A stretch of DNA of 64,000 nt from an uncultured delta proteobacterium (GTDB lineage Bacteria > Desulfobacterota > RBG-13-43-22): assembly GCA_963743305.1 (NCBI GenBank), contig CAVUPH010000021.1, forward strand, positions 1 to 64,000. Reading direction: 5' to 3'. The notes under the pieces were generated by a model. That model was not told where the DNA came from, ran no database searches, and saw nothing but the letters and a program-made list of their open reading frames with translations. Made by a program: the position numbers and the translations under genes. Shown here piece by piece: positions 60,224 through 64,000 of this stretch (the first letter of the stretch is position 1; every line of letters begins with the position of its first letter).

Positions 60224-60430
60224 TTACCAGCCCTCGCTGTGAGTTTTAAGCCGGTTCAACATCCGGTCGGATACCTTCATGTCTTCGCCGGTATGAATGC
60301 TTTCCTTCGATTGGTCGCAATACCAGCCGGGCATATCGAAAGTAAGGCTCTCGCCTTTATAGGTGAGCGTCATCGGACGTACGTCGCGGTGCATCGGCGC
60401 CCCTGTCTTTGGACAGATAGGATTAGCCAT
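60224..60430 (-). pseudogene. MqsA-like antitoxin, truncated after the zinc-ribbon domain
   Basis: CPKTG..TLTYKG..PGWYC..ESIH; no HTH. Confidence 0.75.
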
Positions 60431-60598
60431 TGTCTTTCTCCTTGAACGACGGCAACAAAAAATCGGTGACGACATCAGCGGTGAACTTCACATAGAGCGT
60501 ACCGGCCGGTGAGGGGAGGTGATACACGTTGCACTGGTAAAGTACTAACAGACACCTTGAAGAGCATGGTAAAATAACCCAACTTTTGGAGGTGTCCC

Positions 60599-60898
60599 AT
60601 GACCGAACAGAACAAAAAGACCTATACCCCGGAGTTTAAGAAGGAGGCCGTACGGCTGGTAACCGAACAGGGTTACAAGGTAACCGAGGCCGCACGGAAC
60701 CTAGGCATCCACCCCAGTGTCTTGACCCGCTGGAAAGGGCAGTTGGCCTCCGAGGGGACCAACGCCTTCCCGGGCAAGGGGCGTTTAACCCCTGAAAAAG
60801 AAGAACTCCAGAAACTCCGTAAGGAAAACCAGCGGCTAAAAATGGAGCGTGACATCTTAAAAAAAGCCGCGGCCTTCTTTGCCAACGAGTCGAGGTAA
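60599..60898 (+). CDS. IS3 OrfA
   Basis: YTPEFKKEAV, ERDILKKA with A7 slippery run at 60859-60865. Confidence 0.95.
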   Translation: MTEQNKKTYTPEFKKEAVRLVTEQGYKVTEAARNLGIHPSVLTRWKGQLASEGTNAFPGKGRLTPEKEELQKLRKENQRLKMERDILKKAAAFFANESR

Positions 60899-61767
60899 GA
60901 TACGACTTTGTCCGGCAGCAACAGAAGGCCTATCCCATAACCGTTTTGTGCCGGGTTATGGAAGTCAGCCGGAGTGGGTACTATCATTACTTGAAAAAAG
61001 CCCAAACGCAACCGATAGATAAGGATTTTGAATTGTTGTCCCAAGTACGCCATATTCATAAAGAAACCCGAGGAACCTACGGATCCCGTCGGATGGCAAG
61101 AGCGCTGAAGGACGAGGGCTACGCCGTGGGCCGCTTTCGGGCCCGGAGTCTGATGAAAAAAGCCGGGCTGGAGGTCAAGCGACCCAAGCGCTTCAAGAGA
61201 ACCACGGACAGCCGGCATAAGCTGCCGGTGGCCCCCAACCGGTTGAACCAGCAGTTTAAGGTTGATCAGCCGAACAAGATCTGGTGTGGCGACATCACCT
61301 ATCTCTGGACCCTGGAAGGCTGGCTGTATCTGGCCGTCATTATCGACCTGTATTCGCGTAAAGTGGTCGGGTGGGCCTTGAGTAGCCGTCTGACCACTCC
61401 CTTGGTCCTGGAGGCCCTCCGGATGGCCTATTGGCGCCGGAAACCGGCCCCGGGGTTGATTTATCATTCCGATCGGGGCTCTCAATATGCCGCCGGTGAC
61501 TATCAACGCCAACTGGAAATTTTCCACATGATCCCCAGTATGAGCCGCAAAGGGGACTGCTATGACAACGCGGTAGCCGAAAGTTTTTTTCATACCCTAA
61601 AAACCGAGGAGGTTGGAGATCAGGGCTATCCAGCCCGGGAAGAGGCCCGGCAGGCGGTCATCGACTACATCGAGATGTTTTATAACAGCCGTCGCCTTCA
61701 CTCCTTCCTGGGGTATGTCTCCCCCAATGATTTTGAAAAGCAGTTAACCTTGGCTAAAGTTGCTTAA
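60859..61767 (+). CDS. IS3 OrfB DDE transposase (-1 frame)
   Basis: WCGDITY, HSDRGSQY, DNAVAESFF..LK. Confidence 0.93.
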   Translation, partial: KKSRGLLCQRVEVRYDFVRQQQKAYPITVLCRVMEVSRSGYYHYLKKAQTQPIDKDFELLSQVRHIHKETRGTYGSRRMARALKDEGYAVGRFRARSLMKKAGLEVKRPKRFKRTTDSRHKLPVAPNRLNQQFKVDQPNKIWCGDITYLWTLEGWLYLAVIIDLYSRKVVGWALSSRLTTPLVLEALRMAYWRRKPAPGLIYHSDRGSQYAAGDYQRQLEIFHMIPSMSRKGDCYDNAVAESFFHTLKTEEVGDQGYPAREEARQAVIDYIEMFYNSRRLHSFLGYVSPNDFEKQLTLAKVA

Positions 61768-61864
61768 CCGGGTGTCCGTTTTTACTTGACCAGATCACGT
61801 CCTGCCAAAGCCGGTGGTCGGCAAAGGCCGTCAAGGTGTTTTCGATCTTCCATCATATCTCAAT

Positions 61865-62692
61865 TTAAGGGGTTGGCGGTTTTTTCTTGTAGTGCTCGAA
61901 CATGGCCGCCGAGATTTCCATGCTGGTCGGCCAATGCCCGCGCCTGTGGCCGGCATGGGTTGCATAGACGCCCAGATGGTCGGGGTCAGGCTGCACCACC
62001 TTGCCGTCTTTCAGAAACAGCAAGCCCGCTTTTTCGGTCGGCATACGTGAAACGAAGGCTTCGGCCTCGTCCAGTACAGCGCGTAGGTGGCTGTGAAATA
62101 TCTTGGGGTCAAGCACTTCATTCGAGGGCACGGCCTTTAAATCCTCTTCTCTGTACCGGACGGCATTGCGCCGGATTTCAGCAATCAAGCCTTCGGGGGT
62201 ATAACCGGGAGCTTTTTCGACAGCGGCCCAAATGACCGCACCTAAGGGTAAGATATGATTATGGATGGTGAGAAGATCGACGGCATCGGCTGGTTTCTGC
62301 CTTCCGGCGGCCGCCATGACTTTGTTCGTGGCAAGGTCGATAGGATGCAGTACATAGCCAAAAAGCTCGTCTTTGACTGCTGGGAAAAACCGATAATCGC
62401 TGTCGGCCACCCATTCAAGATGGGTGTGCTCTTTTCCCGCTCGAACTTCTGCCGTAAAAATCGCGGGTTCGCGGCGCATCCATACAACCTCAAGCCTCTC
62501 GGTTTGCAAGGTTGCCGCGTCTTCCTCGGCGGCTTGGGCAACGCGTTCTTCGCGGTCGTGAAAAATGTCGATGTCTTCGGAAAAGCGCGGCCAGTCGCGG
62601 TTAAGCGGCGTGCTGCCCGCAACATAGCTTTCCGGGTTACGATGCGCAGCCAGCAAGCGCAGGATTCGCGATTGAAAATTAGTGAGCGGCAT
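61865..62692 (-). CDS. AbiEii-like nucleotidyltransferase
   Basis: VAGST.L...RFSEDIDIF, NKV.A..GR..D.VD. Confidence 0.75.
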   Translation of the reverse strand: MPLTNFQSRILRLLAAHRNPESYVAGSTPLNRDWPRFSEDIDIFHDREERVAQAAEEDAATLQTERLEVVWMRREPAIFTAEVRAGKEHTHLEWVADSDYRFFPAVKDELFGYVLHPIDLATNKVMAAAGRQKPADAVDLLTIHNHILPLGAVIWAAVEKAPGYTPEGLIAEIRRNAVRYREEDLKAVPSNEVLDPKIFHSHLRAVLDEAEAFVSRMPTEKAGLLFLKDGKVVQPDPDHLGVYATHAGHRRGHWPTSMEISAAMFEHYKKKPPTP

Positions 62693-62861
62693 GACAGACC
62701 TTCTCGATCCGTTCAGCCAAACGGCGCGCCGCCAGATTGCCCTCGACGCGCAAATAACGCGCAATCACCAGAGCGTCCTTGGGATTCGGGTCTTCAAGCT
62801 CCCGGACGTTCCAAAGCGCTCGGCTACCGAATTCCTCAAAAGCGAGGCGGTAGAGGCTCAT
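62679..62861 (-). CDS. Small helical partner of the nucleotidyltransferase (antitoxin-like)
   Basis: Overlaps the NTase start; ALW..LRVEG.L..RRLA. Confidence 0.6.
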   Translation of the reverse strand: MSLYRLAFEEFGSRALWNVRELEDPNPKDALVIARYLRVEGNLAARRLAERIEKVCHAAH

Positions 62862-63063
62862 AAAATCGTCAGGCCGGGTTCGGGTTCTGTGTTCATAACC
62901 CCTTGTTTACCACATGCTCATCATTTTGTCTAATCATTCAATTCTAAAAGAAATCTCTATACAACGAGGATATAAAAGCGGCGGGTCAAAGGGACAGTTA
63001 CCTGTCGTCGGGGATCGGCCAGGCGTCGAAGCGCTTGATTCGGATCAAGACCCAACCCCCGGC

Positions 63064-64000
63064 TCAATGTGTTTGATCGGCCACGGCGGTTAATTTCAGC
63101 AGCCGGATCAAAGGCAGGCAAAGAAGAGTGACCACTCCCACCCCGATGATTCCGGCGGAAAAAGAGCCTTGCTCCCCGGCCCAGCCGATGCCGGTGGGGA
63201 TGAGCCCGCCGCCGAACATGAAACCCAGGGGAACGGTAAAGCCCACCGCCACATTGCGGAGTTTCGGCGGGCCGATGCGACCGATGGCCGTGAAACCGGC
63301 CGGAAAAAAACAGACGGCCACCAGGGGCTGCAAGAAGACGACGATCGTCAACCAGGGCCCGCTCAGTGCTCCCAACAGGATAGTCAACACCCCGGTGGCC
63401 CCGAAAAAAACAGCCAATGATTTTCTTACGCCCCCACGATCCACAAACCATCCGGCACCGAAGGCGATCAGTAACCCGGCGACCCGCGACAGGGCAATCA
63501 GGGTGTTGGCCCAAGTGCGGTCCAAACCGCGTTCACTGATCAGGTACAGAGGCAGCATGGTGTAGACTCCGAAACTGGTCCCGATCCCCAGTCCGAACAT
63601 GACCATCATGATCCAGAAAGAAGGATCTCGAAGCAAAACGGAGACGACCTGGAAGGTCGGCACTTCCCCCTTAAACGTTCCTCCCCGGCCGTAGCGGGCA
63701 TAGGCCAATCCCAGCAGCAGCGAGCAGCCGCTTAAGGCCAGCAGCAGTCCCCGCCAGGAAGACCAGCGCAGAAAGGCTTCCGCCAAAAAGGGAGCCAGGA
63801 CGAAACCCAGGTTCGGGGCCAGCTCATGGACCGCCACGGCCTTTCCCCAGTGCAGGGGTTTCACGATCGAAGTCAAGGTGGCCATCCCGGAGGGTAGATA
63901 GATGCCGGCCGTCAACCCCAGCAGAAATAGGCCGACCCGGATGGCCCACAGGGGCTGAGGCAGGGAAAGGAAAAACAGCACCCCCCCCATGCCCAAGGCG
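63064..64000 (-). CDS. MFS transporter (5' end outside window)
   Basis: Multiple TM helices, AGWFVDRGG loop motif. Confidence 0.88.
   Translation of the reverse strand, partial: ALGMGGVLFFLSLPQPLWAIRVGLFLLGLTAGIYLPSGMATLTSIVKPLHWGKAVAVHELAPNLGFVLAPFLAEAFLRWSSWRGLLLALSGCSLLLGLAYARYGRGGTFKGEVPTFQVVSVLLRDPSFWIMMVMFGLGIGTSFGVYTMLPLYLISERGLDRTWANTLIALSRVAGLLIAFGAGWFVDRGGVRKSLAVFFGATGVLTILLGALSGPWLTIVVFLQPLVAVCFFPAGFTAIGRIGPPKLRNVAVGFTVPLGFMFGGGLIPTGIGWAGEQGSFSAGIIGVGVVTLLCLPLIRLLKLTAVADQTH

Larger units (their letters stand above)
60530..61797 (+). mobile_element. IS3-family insertion sequence (1268 bp)
   Basis: TG...CA ends, ~27-bp imperfect IRs, CGT target duplication. Confidence 0.95.
60423..61850 (-). 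pseudogene. MqsR-like toxin split by IS3
   Basis: ADHRLWQDV on one side and YHLP..LYVKF..SFKEK on the other. Confidence 0.8.

Noticed and set aside
60673-61593. 306-aa minus-strand ORF in the IS
   Set aside because: Typical antisense shadow of an IS3 transposase

Overview
GC-rich bacterial chromosomal window whose gene content suggests an anaerobic deltaproteobacterium (Desulfobacterota-like; this is inference). Housekeeping and metabolic content: hypF/hypB/hypA, a split chlD/chlI-type chelatase gene joined by an A9 -1 slippery site, an ABC exporter, HDOD and PAS hybrid kinases, GTP-PEPCK, a frameshifted AcuC/HDAC, a MoxR-like AAA ATPase with a large unknown partner, and a six-gene Ehr (hyfBCEFG/I-like, Ni-free) membrane complex with an HTH-PTS EIIA regulator. 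A duplicated gene 3' end brackets the Ehr module. Also present: pstSCAB, a porin-like gene, phoBR with Pho boxes, and yqeB/yqeC. Accessory content: integron relics (an attC-like site and a degraded intI), five toxin-antitoxin modules whose toxins are missing or disrupted, an intact IS3, a decayed DUF1566 gene with DGR-target-like features, two secreted proteins sharing a C-terminal (F/Y)LP(V/L)VL tag, and several families of small palindromic elements. One of these shows compensatory base changes between copies and has inserted into a toxin gene. No rRNA, tRNA or CRISPR array was recognised. All calls are by eye; no searches were run.
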